Source: Octopus bimaculoides (Eukaryota). From it: a stretch of 64,000 nt of DNA. The position numbers and the translations under genes were made by a program. The stretch lies in NCBI RefSeq assembly GCF_001194135.2, contig NC_068999.1, forward strand, positions 1,540,479 through 1,604,478, given 5' to 3'. Every line of letters begins with the position of its first letter. Within the stretch, counting starts at the first letter, position 1. Shown in pieces: positions 27,339-41,350 of the stretch. The notes under the pieces are model-generated. The model was given only the letters and a program-made list of their open reading frames with translations. It did no database searches and was not told the origin of the DNA.

Positions 27339-27785
27339 CAAAATAAGCAACAAGGTTATCCAGAGGTAATGCAGCACGATCGTTTCATGCAACTCCATTT
27401 AATTCAACAATGCAATCATTACATCAATTTAAAATGCGGAGCAATCTTCAGCTGCACAAAGACATAGAATTTAATTAAATTAGAGCAAATGGACACATTA
27501 GTATAATTATACCTAAAATCTCTAAGAAGTTAAGTAGATAGACAAAGAACATGCTGTCTCCACTTCAGCATAGAAGTTAGTAAATTATCAAGAAGACTCT
27601 GCCTTTAGTCTAGATTGATGTAATGAGTGCATTGTTCAATTAAATGGAGTTGCATGAAACGATCGTACTGCATTACTTCTGGATATCCTTTTTGGTTATT
27701 TTGATTTTAATCACCTTACTTTGAAATTGTATGGATAATACCGTACTAAATTCTGTTTTCTAACATTAAGTACTATATATATATA

Positions 27786-27950
27786 GGCGCAGGAGTGGCT
27801 GTGTGGTAGGTAGCTTGCTTACCAACCACATGATTCCGGGTTCAGTCCCATTATGTGGCACCTTAGGCAAGCGTCTTCTACTATAGCCTCGGGATGATCA
27901 AAGCCTTGTGTATGGATTTGGTAGACGGAAAATGAAAGAAGCTCGTTGTG
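27786..27950 (+). mobile_element. tRNA-derived SINE, family B (head GGCGCAGGAGTGGCTGTGTGG)
   Basis: A-box-like TGGCTGTGTGG, B-box-like GGGTTCAGTCCC, then GGCACCTTAGGCAAGCGTCTTCTACTATAGCC..AAAGCCTTGTG..GGATTTGGTAGACGGAAA; ends in (TATG)n. Confidence 0.85.
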
Positions 27951-28158
27951 TATGTATGTATATATATTCGACGCGTGTGGCAGTAAGGTTTTAATAAAGT
28001 CAACAGAGTGCATGTGACCTTGGCCATAAACTCCTATTATTATTCACTCAAATGCTGAAAGAACAATTATAAATAATTCAATTCCAGTTTCATCCGGACT
28101 TGACGTAAGCCTGTCGTGGCGAAAGATTACATAAATTATACATGCATACCTTCAGCTA

Positions 28159-28206
<48 letters not shown>

Positions 28207-28774
28207 CATGCATTTATATTTACATATATATCAGCATGTATGTGCATGTATGTTTGTATGCATGTATACATGCATATTAAAACAACCATTACATGCATAT
28301 ACGCACAAGCACTGAAACTTATTATTCATATTATTATTGTTGTTGTTGCTGTTCATCCAAGTTATTTAGCCATTCCAATAGATTCGATAGCATACTTGAA
28401 CGAGCAGTATTCTTGAAAAATTCAATATTTATGTAAATTCTTGCTGGTTGAAATCTTCAATGAAGAACTGTCCAAGACATCTGCAATGTTTTGAAATATG
28501 CTCTCAGAGAATTCAATGCCATGAAAATATTTGCCGTTTATTACATTCACTTCTCGAAGACATTTCTGCGGGACATATTTTCATATTGCGTTGTTGTTGT
28601 TGTTGTTCCTCGAATTGTTGTTGCAATTTACGCTGTTTGTTTTGTTTGTTATTGTTATTGTTGTTGTTGTATTTGCTTTTGTTGTTCCTCTTTTTCTGCT
28701 TTTTAAGGGAGTGATTTTTATTCATGTGTTATTTGTTATTTATGAGTTTATTGCTGTTGTTGATCTTGTTGTAG

Positions 28775-28867
28775 ATGACGATGATGATGATGATGACGAC
28801 GACGACGACGATGATGATAGTGATGATGATGATGAGGATGACGATGACGACAACGATGATGCTGATA

Positions 28868-28902
<35 letters not shown>

Positions 28903-29054
28903 AATTACGCTGATTATTACGATGATTACGATCCTGATGATAATGGTGATGATGATGGTGATGATGATGGCTATTAGTTTTCGCATCAGCTTTCGGCTGA
29001 AAGTGCAAATGCTTTTGTTATGGTTGTTGCTCTGGCCATTGGACTAGCTGTACC

Positions 29055-29112
<58 letters not shown>
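28775..29112 (+). repeat. Degenerate (GAT)n / (GCT)n trinucleotide arrays
   Basis: Direct reading; source of the poly-D, poly-M and poly-H pseudo-ORFs. Confidence 0.9.
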
Positions 29113-29133
29113 AATTGCTTGGTGATCTATACC

Positions 29134-29166
<33 letters not shown>

Positions 29167-29473
29167 NNNNNNNNNNNNNNNNNNNNNNNNNNNNNNNNNN
29201 NNNNNNNNNNNNNNNNNNNNNNNNNNNNNNNNNNNNNNNNNNNNNNNNNNNNNNNNNNNNNNNNNNNNNNNNNNNNNNNNNNNNNNNNNNNNNNNNNNNN
29301 NNNNNNNNNNNNNNNNNNNNNNNNNNNNNNNNNNNNNNNNNNNNNNNNNNNNNNNNNNNNNNNNNNNNNNNNNNNNNNNNNNNNNNNNNNNNNNNNNNNN
29401 NNNNNNNNNNNNNNNNNNNNNNNNNNNNNNNNNNNNNNNNNNNNNNNNNNNNNNNNNNNNNNNNNNNNNNNNN

Positions 29474-29520
<47 letters not shown>

Positions 29521-30281
29521 CACATACATAATACATATACAATGGATATCTTTATATTCACATGCATCTACATACACAGAGATACACATATATGATGTCT
29601 ATGTATGTGTATGAATATATGTTTGCAGGTATATATGTGTAAATGTGTATATATGCAACTGGTCGTATGTATGTGAACGTTTGTGTGTGAAGAGGTAGTA
29701 ACACCAGAGTTTGAAACCAATTTCTTTAGCTTCAATTAGTAAATAAACTCTGGCTTTGTTGTATAAACCCGTATACATAGGTTACTACACTGAAGGTTCC
29801 TGCATCGTTTTTATTTGATTGTCTTCGCTAACGGGTGAACAGTCGACTACACACAAATGATGCACGCACAAGAAACCATAGTATGCTTATAAATACGAAT
29901 GCGCGCAACGCAAACACGTGTTCGCTGGCGGCCATGTGAGCGGCACGAATACACCTACTCATAAACACAAACCGACATTTGTAAATATAAGCACACACAT
30001 ATCTTAGACTAACGTACCACAAATACAGACCTACCTATGCAAACACACTTGCATATCTAAATATATACACACTACATCCGATTCTCATTTACTCTCTCTC
30101 TCCCTCTTTCTCCATATATACATCATGCATATGTATGTATATATGCAAACATATATATATATATATATATACACATACATACTTATATACCTATGTTTGT
30201 ATGTTTGCATATATGTATACATGCACATGCATATATTCATATATATTTATATGAATTTATATATATGTGTGTGTGTGTTTG

Positions 30282-30358
<77 letters not shown>

Positions 30359-32268
30359 ACATTGAACATGTACACACATGCATGTAGGTATACACACACA
30401 AATATATGTATAAACTTATATATACATCTATACATATGCCCACGTATATATGTGTGTATGACACTTGACTATGCTTGTATGCAAGTCCATATATAAACGC
30501 GCAGAAGCGTCTATGTAGACAGATCCACATGAACACATCCACCCCCAATAATACCTCATTAAGAACACGACTGTATCATAATTTCCAAACGAACAGAAAA
30601 AAAAACATATCGTATATTCCATGCAGTTTTTCCCAATTTATACTCCTGTCAATTTTTGATTACAACAAGCTAACTGAAGACTTCTTAGAAAAACAGTATC
30701 ACAATTGCAATGCAGAAATATATTAAAAAATTAGATCAGAAGACTCAAAAAATTAGCGCAGAATATTTTTACCAATATGTATTATATTCTTTTTTACCAT
30801 TATTTTTTTCCAATTTCCTCATTTGATAATTTATCTTGGAGTTCAAAGGGTTAAACAAATTGTACGATAGCTTTTGCATTAGGCTGCTTTAATGTTTGGT
30901 TTACAGAAATAGAGGAAAAAATAATAATAATTTCTTGGTAAAGTTTGTGTTCATTTATATTACAACCTACCCAATCCGTATAGGTGGCGCTAATGCTTTA
31001 AAGAAAAATAAAACCGCAGATTGTTAACATGTGACTGAACATGTAGGATAAATAATATGTGATTGGATGATTGGATGTCATTTGCAAGAAACATTCTTAC
31101 TTCGGTACATGTCGTACGTTATGTTTCGGTTACCAATGGGGTCTATGTTTATACACACACGTATATATATATGCATACGCAGTAACTTTGTATATATCTA
31201 TATGCAGAAACATATATATCTGCAAGAGTGATTATGTCTCTGTGTTTATCCTCTACGCACATAAGTATATATATAATACGCAGCCAGCTTTAACAATCCA
31301 CAATTACTATAGTCGACTCCTTCGACTAAAGATTCTTGACGGCGGTGCTCCAGCATGTCCGAAGTGTCATAACTGGAAAGAGTAAAAGAAGAAAAGGAAA
31401 AGATTCTCTCTTTCGTTCCATTTGAATTAACGATTTGCGATTGATTTCGTCTCTACACTTTTCCTTTCAGAATTATTTAACTTCCATGCTTTCTCTATCT
31501 ATGTCGTCTGTTGAATCTACCTACCTTTGATATTGAACTCACAAGCCTCTAATCTATTTTGGGTAATACGCTCACATCTATCACACAATCACCGATTCCG
31601 AAATCAATAATTATATCCATCGATTACTTCACGATTGACTAACGTAAGTAAAGAAGTGATTCAGTGTCAGTGCGTGTGCAACACAATATGCTTCAGCATA
31701 CAGGTTCACATTCAGTATTTTGCAACCAAGACCAAAAGAATTGAATACTTTTGTTGTTATAGAAATCAGTTTCTGCTGAAATCTGGTCGAGAAAAAGGTT
31801 GTTTTAGTGACATATGTAAATTTGTTGAAGTGCCCTACCTCGCAATCATATTAATTTCGAATGTGGCAAATTCTAATATATTCTGTCCTACATTCTACAG
31901 GAGATGATGTATCAGCGTAGACTGTAAGCTCGATTTTATTATTTTCCATAAACAATCAACCTCACCGAACAAAATTGGGGTACGTTGGAATAATGAAAAC
32001 CATACCCTGTTATGGGTATTAAGGAATTAACCTCTCTCTAGCCATGTACCTGTGTCTGTATCAAAAGAATTATGCTATACAATATCACACACACATATGA
32101 GTAGATGGATAGGTGAACATATGCATTGTACATAGATAGAGAGATATATAAAGAGAAGAACGGGTTGAGAGAGACTCGTTGATAGATATAGACATATATA
32201 GACATATTTGAAATACGCGTGCATGTAAGCAAAAACTATTATATGTGTATGCTTTCAACTCCTTCTCG

Positions 32269-32300
<32 letters not shown>

Positions 32301-32307
32301 CTTTCTC

Positions 32308-32367
<60 letters not shown>

Positions 32368-33788
32368 TTTAACTATTTATCAATATATAAATGTGTGTGT
32401 GTATGTGTGTGTATATTTTTGTGCGGTATACTATGTGCTTATACACACACGTATATATCTGCATTGGATTTATGGAATATGACTTAGAAACATTTATATA
32501 TGCATATTGTCACCTTTATAAATCAATCTATAAATATGCATGTAGGTATATAAATATGAGTTGGTGTGTGTTTGTGTATACGTTTCTATAATCAAACGAA
32601 TAACACAAAAGTATGTTCAATATACGCACACGAATTTATATCCATATATATCCATATATATANNNNNNNNNNNNNNNNNNNNNNNNNNNNNNNNNNNNNN
32701 NNNNNNNNNNNNNNNNNNNNNNNNNNNNNNNNNNNNNNNNNNNNNNNNNNNNNNNNNNNNNNNNNNNNNNNNNNNNNNNNNNNNNNNNNNNNNNNNNNNN
32801 NNNNNNNNNNNNNNNNNNNNNNNNNNNNNNNNNNNNNNNNNNNNNNNNNNNNNNNNNNNNNNNNNNNNNNNNNNNNNNNNNNNNNNNNNNNNNNNNNNNN
32901 NNNNNNNNNNNNNNNNNNNNNNNNNNNNNNNNNNNNNNNNNNNNNNNNNNNNNNNNNNNNNNNNNNNNNNNNNNNNNNNNNNNNNNNNNNNNNNNNNNNN
33001 NNNNNNNNNNNNNNNNNNNNNNNNNNNNNNNNNNNNNNNNNNNNNNNNNNNNNNNNNNNNNNNNNNNNNNNNNNNNNNNNNNNNNNNNNNNNNNNNNNNN
33101 NNNNNNNNNNNNNNNNNNNNNNNNNNNNNNNNNNNNNNNNNNNNNNNNNNNNNNNNNNNNNNNNNNNNNNNNNNNNNNNNNNNNNNNNNATATATATATA
33201 GATATATATAGATATATATATAGATATATACATATGCATGAGTGATTAAGCTATAGTAAAGGAGAATTTAGATGTGGAACATAATGGGAAACAGTGAGAC
33301 CACTAACAAGGTTTGCTTGAGTATTCAACATGCATTTCAGGTTAATGCTTGCAAACAACATTAAACAACAACTACAACGACAACAGCAACAACACGAATA
33401 GTAAAAACAAAAACAATACTATAAATATAAAAACCACAGGCAAAAATTATAACACCAGGTTTGATATGAGGGGAGGAATAAATTGATGGTTGGCGATAAG
33501 TAAATCATAAGTTCCCATTTTGAGGTGTCAGCTAGAATTAGAGGATAAATTAGAATTTATGGTTGTAATTCCTTTTATGCACTTTCATAGGTTGTCGGAA
33601 TTCACCGCATGTTGTGTTATATACAAGTGTGTGGGTGTGCTTCATTATATCTATATTTATATCTAAATCCAGCTATATGCCTGTCTCTCGTCAATCAATC
33701 TATCTATATTTAAGCTTCTTTATCTATCTACCTATCTGTCAATATTTCTATCAATCAATCCATAAGCTAATCTATCTATCAATCAGCT

Positions 33789-33845
<57 letters not shown>

Positions 33846-34991
33846 ATGTATATATATNNNNNNNNNNNNNNNNNNNNNNNNNNNNNNNNNNNNNNNNNNN
33901 NNNNNNNNNNNNNNNNNNNNNNNNNNNNNNNNNNNNNNNNNNNNNNNNNNNNNNNNNNNNNNNNNNNNNNNNNNNNNNNNNNNNNNNNNNNNNNNNNNNN
34001 NNNNNNNNNNNNNNNNNNNNNNNNNNNNNNNNNNNNNNNNNNNNNNNNNNNNNNNNNNNNNNNNNNNNNNNNNNNNNNNNNNNNNNNNNNNNNNNNNNNN
34101 NNNNNNNNNNNNNNNNNNNNNNNNNNNNNNNNNNNNNNNNNNNNNNNNNNNNNNNNNNNNNNNNNNNNNNNNNNNNNNNNNNNNNNNNNNNNNNNNNNNN
34201 NNNNNNNNNNNNNNNNNNNNNNNNNNNNNNNNNNNNNNNNNNNNNNNNNNNNNNNNNNNNNNNNNNNNNNNNNNNNNNNNNNNNNNNNNNNNNNNNNNNN
34301 NNNNNNNNNNNNNNNNNNNNNNNNNNNNNNNNNNNNNNNNNNNNNNNNNNNNNNNNNNNNNNNNNNNNNNNNNNNNNNNNNNNNNNNNNNNNNNNNNNNN
34401 NNNNNNNNNNNNNNNNNNNNNNNNNNNNNNNNNNNNNNNNNNNNNNNNNNNNNNNNNNNNNNNNNNNNNNNNNNNNNNNNNNNNNNNNNNNNNNNNNNNN
34501 NNNNNNNNNNNNNNNNNNNNNNNNNNNNNNNNNNNNNNNNNNNNNNNNNNNNNNNNNNNNNNNNNNNNNNNNNNNNNNNNNNNNNNNNNNNNNNNNNNNN
34601 NNNNNNNNNNNNNNNNNNNNNNNNNNNNNNNNNNNNNNNNNNNNNNNNNNNNNNNNNNTATACATATATATATATATACACACATACTACATAAATACAT
34701 ATATATATATATATACACACACACACATATATATACACATATTTACAAACATACATACATACATGTGTGTGTGTATGTATGTGCGTGTCTGCGTGTCTGC
34801 ATGCTCGTGTGGAATGGGAATTGTACGTTGTGGACTTTCAAAGGGAAATGGACAAATGCGAAAATGGACGTCAATAATAAAAACAGCTTTTGTTCTTCTC
34901 CATTTTTCTTGTTGTTATTATTTTTCTCCTCCTCCTCCTTCCTGTTCTTCTTTTCATTTTCGTCCTCGTTACCTCCCACTTTTTGTTGTTC

Positions 34992-35055
34992 CTGTTCTTC
35001 TTCTTCTTCTTCTTCTTCTTCTTCTTCTTCTTCTTCTTCTTGTTCTTCTTCATCC
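34992..35055 (+). repeat. (CTT)n microsatellite within a pyrimidine-rich low-complexity tract
   Basis: Direct reading. Confidence 0.9.
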
Positions 35056-35565
35056 TCTTGTAATTCTTCTTCCGCTTATTATTCACTTTTTCTTTTTATT
35101 CTTTCCATTCCTCTTTATCTTCTTGGTTTTCTTCCTTCCCTTTATATATTTTTCTTATCATCATCATCATCATCATCATTACTATTGGCAGTGCCTGTTA
35201 TATTTCTTCGTTACCTTGCTGTCTTGTTCAAATCTCAATGCTTGTAGTATTTTTTTTCTATCCATTACGCCCATTATATGCGTCCTCCAGTTCCTCCAGG
35301 TTGCTGTTGCTGCTGCTACTGTTGTTGTTGTTGTTGATGATGATGTTGTTGTTGCTTTTGTTACTTCATGTCTTTATGTGAGCCATCAGGCCTGAGTAGA
35401 CCTGTCCATTATAAACTATCATTTGTGCACTTATATTCACTAAGGTCATCCATTTTCCTCGACTGTCATAGCGATATCTCAATGCCTGCGCTTATGCTTG
35501 TACACATACATGGGTATAAATACATATATATATATATGTGTGTGTGTCTGTGTGCGTAAGTCTCT

Positions 35566-35604
<39 letters not shown>

Positions 35605-36466
35605 CTGATGTATACTTATAATCACATACATATATAAATGGCATATATGCACGCGCAAGAGCATGTGGACCATTCTGCAAGTCCAGCCACAATGACACGC
35701 TCATAAAACAACACTGACATACTAACACTTACACACACACATATGCCTACTCACGCGGACAGGCTTTTAGAAAGAAAGCTTGTCTTTCAGCTAACCATGT
35801 CCACTCTTGTCCACCCACATGGAATAAACACACGTAACAACATGAAGGTGGTGATCCAGCATGGCCACAAACGTGGTGCATAAAAACTAACTGAAATGCA
35901 TCAGAAGAACTACCTTGTAACTATTGCAGTCATTTAATTGATAAGCCGACGCATAATGCATTGAAGCACACATTCATACACAGGCCGATATACACATACA
36001 TACACACACACTTAATACTCTCAGAAATATGGAACACCCAATCTGTTTGATAGCAGAAGCATTCTATGCTTTCTTGTTCACTGTATATGTGTGTGTGTGT
36101 AAGTGCACATAGATGTGTGTGTTGATTACTCTATGTAAAAATGTATCAATCTATCTATCTATATGTATATAGTCCATATGTTTATGTATATAGATATATA
36201 CACAGACATATGTGCAAATATACATGTATATATATTGATATACATATAAATATATATACGCATACATACAAATACGTACATTATGTGCATAGATACAAAC
36301 TCATATACAAAAATACATGCATACATACATACACACATACATATGTTCGTATATATATATATATATATGGATATATATACATATATCTATATTCGTATAT
36401 ATGTGTGTATACATATATACTGTGTCAAATTATTTGCATGTATCCCTGTATATGTCTATCTATCTA

Positions 36467-36500
<34 letters not shown>

Positions 36501-37026
36501 CTATCTCTTCATCTACATAAATCTGTGTCTCTCTCCATCATTATATCTTTCCTTAAATGTATCCGATTGCTTCTCTCCATATCTATCAATATTCCAATAT
36601 CTCTATTTCTCTATTTCCACAACAATATCCATTATGTAGCTATCAGTCCATCTAACAATCGCTTTATATCGTAATCTCTCATAAATATTTATGTCACCCA
36701 TAATGTGTATATATTTATGTATCTATCAATCTATCTATCTCCCAATGAAAACATCCGAGAATTAATTTTTGTATTTGCATGTATCTATCTATGAACCTCT
36801 CTATTCTCAGCTTATCCATCTTCCCTACATAGCAATTTAATCTATCCTACAATTAACCTGTCCTATTCATTCCCCTATCAATACATCTGTCTATCTATCA
36901 ATCTACCTATCTACCGATTAACGTGTCTATCCATCTCTGAATAGATATGTGTGTGTGTTTGCATGTATGTCTGTTTGTATATACGTATGTTTGTATTATG
37001 TATATATGTATATATGTATGAATGAA

Positions 37027-37093
37027 GGTAGGTAGGTAGGTAGGTAGGTAGGTAGGTAGGTAGGTAGGTGTGTAGGTGTGTAGGTAGGCAGGT
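37027..37093 (+). repeat. (AGGT)n tetranucleotide array
   Basis: Direct reading. Confidence 0.9.
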
Positions 37094-37199
37094 AAGTGTA
37101 CGATGGCATGTTCATACGTATATACATATATATGTATATATATATATTTATATATATACGTGTATATATATATACACACACACACACATATAAATATAT

Positions 37200-37242
<43 letters not shown>

Positions 37243-38211
37243 NNNNNNNNNNNNNNNNNNNNNNNNNNNNNNNNNNNNNNNNNNNNNNNNNNNNNNNNNN
37301 NNNNNNNNNNNNNNNNNNNNNNNNNNNNNNNNNNNNNNNNNNNNNNNNNNNNNNNNNNNNNNNNNNNNNNNNNNNNNNNNNNNNNNNNNNNNNNNNNNNN
37401 NNNNNNNNNNNNNNNNNNNNNNNNNNNNNNNNNNNNNNNNNNNNNNNNNNNNNNNNNNNNNNNNNNNNNNNNNNNNNNNNNNNNNNNNNNNNNNNNNNNN
37501 NNNNNNNNNNNNNNNNNNNNNNNNNNNNNNNNNNNNNNNNNNNNNNNNNNNNNNNNNNNNNNNNNNNNNNNNNNNNNNNNNNNNNNNNNNNNNNNNNNNN
37601 NNNNNNNNNNNNNNNNNNNNNNNNNNNNNNNNNNNNNNNNNNNNNNNNNNNNNNNNNNNNNNNNNNNNNNNNNNNNNNNNNNNNNNNNNNNNNNNNNNNN
37701 NNNNNNNNNNNNNNNNNNNNNNNNNNNNNNNNNNNNNNNNNNNNNNNNNNNNNNNNNNNNNNNNNNNNNNNNNNNNNNNNNNNNNNNNNNNNNNNNNNNN
37801 NNNNNNNNNNNNNNNNNNNNNNNNNNNNNNNNNNNNNNNNNNNNNNNNNNNNNNNNNNNNNNNNNNNNNNNNNNNNNNNNNNNNNNNNNNNNNNNNNNNN
37901 NNNNNNNNNNNNNNNNNNNNNNNNNNNNNNNNNNNNNNNNNNNNNNNNNNNNNNNNNNNNNNNNNNNNNNNNNNNNNNNNNNNNNNNNNNNNNNNNNNNN
38001 NNNNNNNNNNNNNNNNNNNNNNNNNNNNNNNNNNNNNNNNNNNNNNNNNNNNNNNNNNNNNNNNNNNNNNNNNNNNNNNNNNNNNNNNNNNNNNNNNNNN
38101 NNNNNNNNNNNNNNNNNNNNNNNNNNNNNNNNNNNNNNNNNNNNNNNNNNNNNNNNNNNNNNNNNNNNNNNNNNNNNNNNNNNNNNNNNNNNNNNNNNNN
38201 NNNNNNNNNNN

Positions 38212-38277
<66 letters not shown>

Positions 38278-38384
38278 ATATATACATAGGCACACATTCA
38301 TATACAAAAAGCAGAGAATGGGAGAAGGGGATAAAGTCTATCTCACAGAATATATCCTTTAATTCGTTATTCTTTATTCATCAA

Positions 38385-38488
38385 TTTTCTGCGGCCATAT
38401 TGGGTCGAAACCTTCAATGTCATAATCGATACATTGATCCAAAGTCTTATTCTATCGATTTCGTTAGGATAGAAAACAAAGCCGATCT
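38385..38488 (-). mobile_element. Degenerate SINE fragment (family A body / shared tail)
   Basis: CTGCGGCCATATTGG..ATCGATACATTGATCC..CTTATTCTATCGAT..AGGATAGAAAACAAAGCCGATCT..AATTTGAA loosely follows the reverse-complement SINE body. Confidence 0.45.
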
Positions 38489-38794
38489 AGAAGCAATTTG
38501 AATTCTGTGTTGACATACCTACCCGTATACACATGGAATATTTCTGAGTCTTAAACACATGCACACACACACACATCAATACTTGTATGTATGTATATAT
38601 ATACATATATACGAATACATGTTTATATCGATATATGTATGTATGCATATATATGTACACATAAAATAAGCCACATCAGATGGCATGGTGGTGCTAAAGT
38701 GTAGGGCTGTAGGTATAGGGGGTGGTCAAACTCTGCTTAAGGAGTAGACATACACACGTATACATACTTGTATATATGTGACTTCCTATTCATA

Positions 38795-38915
38795 TAGTTC
38801 CGGGTTCAGACCTATAACGTGGCACTTTGGGCAATTGTTTTTTTATTATATCCTGCGACCGACCAAAGCCTTTTAAATGAATTTGGTGGACAGTAATTAA
38901 ATGATGTCCTCCGTA
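38795..38915 (+). mobile_element. SINE family B fragment
   Basis: GTTCCGGGTTCAG..GTGGCACTTTGGGCAA..GACCGACCAAAGCC..ATTTGGTGGAC matches the 27786 copy. Confidence 0.65.
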
Positions 38916-39194
38916 TATGTATATATATATGTATATATATATATATATATATATACGCCGGTCAATGGACTACACATTGGTGATGAGCATTATATTTCAT
39001 GCGAAATTGGCGTGCCAACTAACGCTACTTAATTGCGGTGAGGAAGTTGTCTCCCCTGTCAGTAAATAAAATATGTGCTTTTGTTACTAATGCGTCCTTT
39101 GACGCTTATTCCTATCATATAGCAATGGTGGTGCTTCCTGCATCCTTTATCACATTTTAGTGACGGCGAATTATATATATGTATATAGACATAT

Positions 39195-39260
39195 AGTGAA
39201 GGTGCATGGCTATTGTAAGAGCATTGGGATTACGATCGTGAGGCTGTGAATTCGATTCGA
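39195..39260 (+). mobile_element. SINE family C, isolated tRNA-like head
   Basis: GTGAAGGTGCATGGCT..GTAAGAGCATTGGG..ACGATCGTGAGGCTGTGAATTCGATTC (A-box and B-box-like). Confidence 0.55.
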
Positions 39261-39399
39261 CACACACACACACACACATGCCTCTGTGTCTGTGGTTCTT
39301 CACGTGAGTGCACATGTGTTTCCCTGTGTATGTGCGTGTGTGTATGTATTTATATACATTTCAGTTGGGTCAATGTATTCTGCAGCATATATGTTATCG

Positions 39400-41350
39400 A
39401 ACTCTACTGATTTCCGCCTCTATTCCAACCACATCTGCAAAAATATCTGCGAAACTGGCAACTTCTCATACCATAAAAAATTCTCCAGCACAATCACCAA
39501 CAGCTATCAGAAAACTAATTCTACCAAATACCATAATGTCAGCTTAGAAGAAAAACGAATTGTTGAGAACCAACCTAAAACTAGATGACAGAGCAGGATG
39601 TTTAGATTTTCGTGAATCATATATTACTTTTAATGAAAATGTGAACATAATGTTTTCATGCATCCTAGAACTAGATTAATAAAACGGTCAAAGTATACTG
39701 GTTAAATACAATAAAAATACATTTTACACTCCATCGTTTTAAACATTAAACGGGTCACTTGTCTTTCGTTATTTAATAACATTTTATCATAAATCGCATG
39801 GTTCAGTGGCAGAGATAATAAGTTCCTTTCTAACTGTCTTCAGTTCGGTATAGTCAAATTATATGCGTCCGTAACTAAATCCCTTCGATACAACCTTTCT
39901 GAATACGGTAGAAGTTTTCTTCTAATTATGAGTCAGCCATTAATGGTATTCTGCACGCAAGAAAATCTTTGTTAGCCTACGATAATTCTTTTCGGGTTAA
40001 ACGTAGTGGAATGTCATTGTTTGATCTCGCCGTAGCACTTCAGACAGGTGAGTGTTTTCTGAACTAAAAGGATTGTATATTTTAGATTTACTTCAAAAGA
40101 AACTCTACTTCGCGGAGTTAAGTATTTACCTTGATGATGTACTATTCATTTTAAGAAGTATGGATACTCAACAACTGATGCTGTTGAGAATAAGTTTATC
40201 AGCACAGCCAGGGAGCTAGATTTAACGATCAAAGTTAACATAAACATAAATATAGTAAATTTATTATATACGATTATGTGTTTAGATATATGTAAATGCT
40301 GACATTTTAGTAAACCTAACGAGAAATTGCTGTATATTATGTATTCCAACCATCCCACATGAATCACACAAATCTCAGTTAATAATATTAGTTATCTCGT
40401 ATTGATCATAGCTTCTGACAAGAAACCATTTAACCGTGTTGCTCATTATTATAATGAGCATAGAGAGGCAGAAACTTCAGCAACACAATATTTTACATAC
40501 AGAATAACGATATCACGCCTAGACGCAAATCGACGAAAAGATTATATATTTTCATATGCGTTCTAAAGTTTAAGGTTTCGTAGAAATTTTACCGAGTTTT
40601 TTCATTGATCTTCTAAATAAATATTTCCCCTTTGCATTGGCATCATATAAGGTATCAAATGGTGCTGCTGACATAAGAACTTGAGTTAAAATATGTGTAA
40701 ATGAGATATATTTAGACCGAATATTTTGCTTCAACCATTATCAGTATAATGCTAAGATAACGATCTTCCAGAATGAAGGCGCAAAACATCTTCTGTATAG
40801 AATAGCAACACCCTTGACCCATTCTGCCCCATATCATATGTCTTTTTAAAACATTGGTTTATTTAAGTAAAAAATCTCCCTTGAAGACAACTCTTAAATC
40901 GAAAGGGATAGAGAGCTTGCACTGAATACGAATGTAGCAATAAATTTCATCCATTCACACATTCTGAAGCATACTGCTTCACTCTCTAAATATATCAGGA
41001 ATTTAGAAGAAGATATAATAGCACATCGATTGCTTCATTATGTAACACCTGTCATCCTATACAAACCTTAGAGTAACGGTGGCTATTCCAGACATTTCCA
41101 CCTCTGAATCTCCGACTAAACATATTCAGTGTTATTACTTTATTCAAATGATCGGACTTGTTTGATACATGCAGACAGCTGTATTGTTAGTTATTGGCAA
41201 ATTTCAACCAAGAAATGGCTATCATAATTGTAACTAAGAAAATAGAATTTCTATACTCAGAAAGATGGAAATGCTTTCTTTTCCTAAACCTTCATCAACC
41301 AAGGAATTTCGTCTGATGAAGAATCGTCTTCGCACGACTCAATGCCAACA
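39400..41350 (+). mobile_element. Degenerate Penelope-like retroelement spanning RT, thumb and GIY-YIG regions
   Basis: Frameshifted, stop-ridden translation shows PLE motifs in the expected order: ETGNF..STITNSYQKTNSTKYHNVSLEEKRIVE/NLKLDDRA; ESYITF; HPRTRLIK; IAWF..LQFGIVKLYASV; ILHARKSLL..VKRSG..LFD; IYLDD (YxDD, ~40123); LTIKVNINIVNLL; SKPNEKLLYI..SNHP; VAHYYNE; FFIDLLNKIFP; then KHTASLSKYIRNL..YKP*SNG (GIY-YIG C-terminal part). Confidence 0.8.

Noticed and set aside
27786-27850. tRNA genes suggested by A/B-box motifs (also 39195, 46680, 57290)
   Set aside because: No cloverleaf or acceptor stem; they continue into SINE bodies shared among copies, so they are SINE heads.
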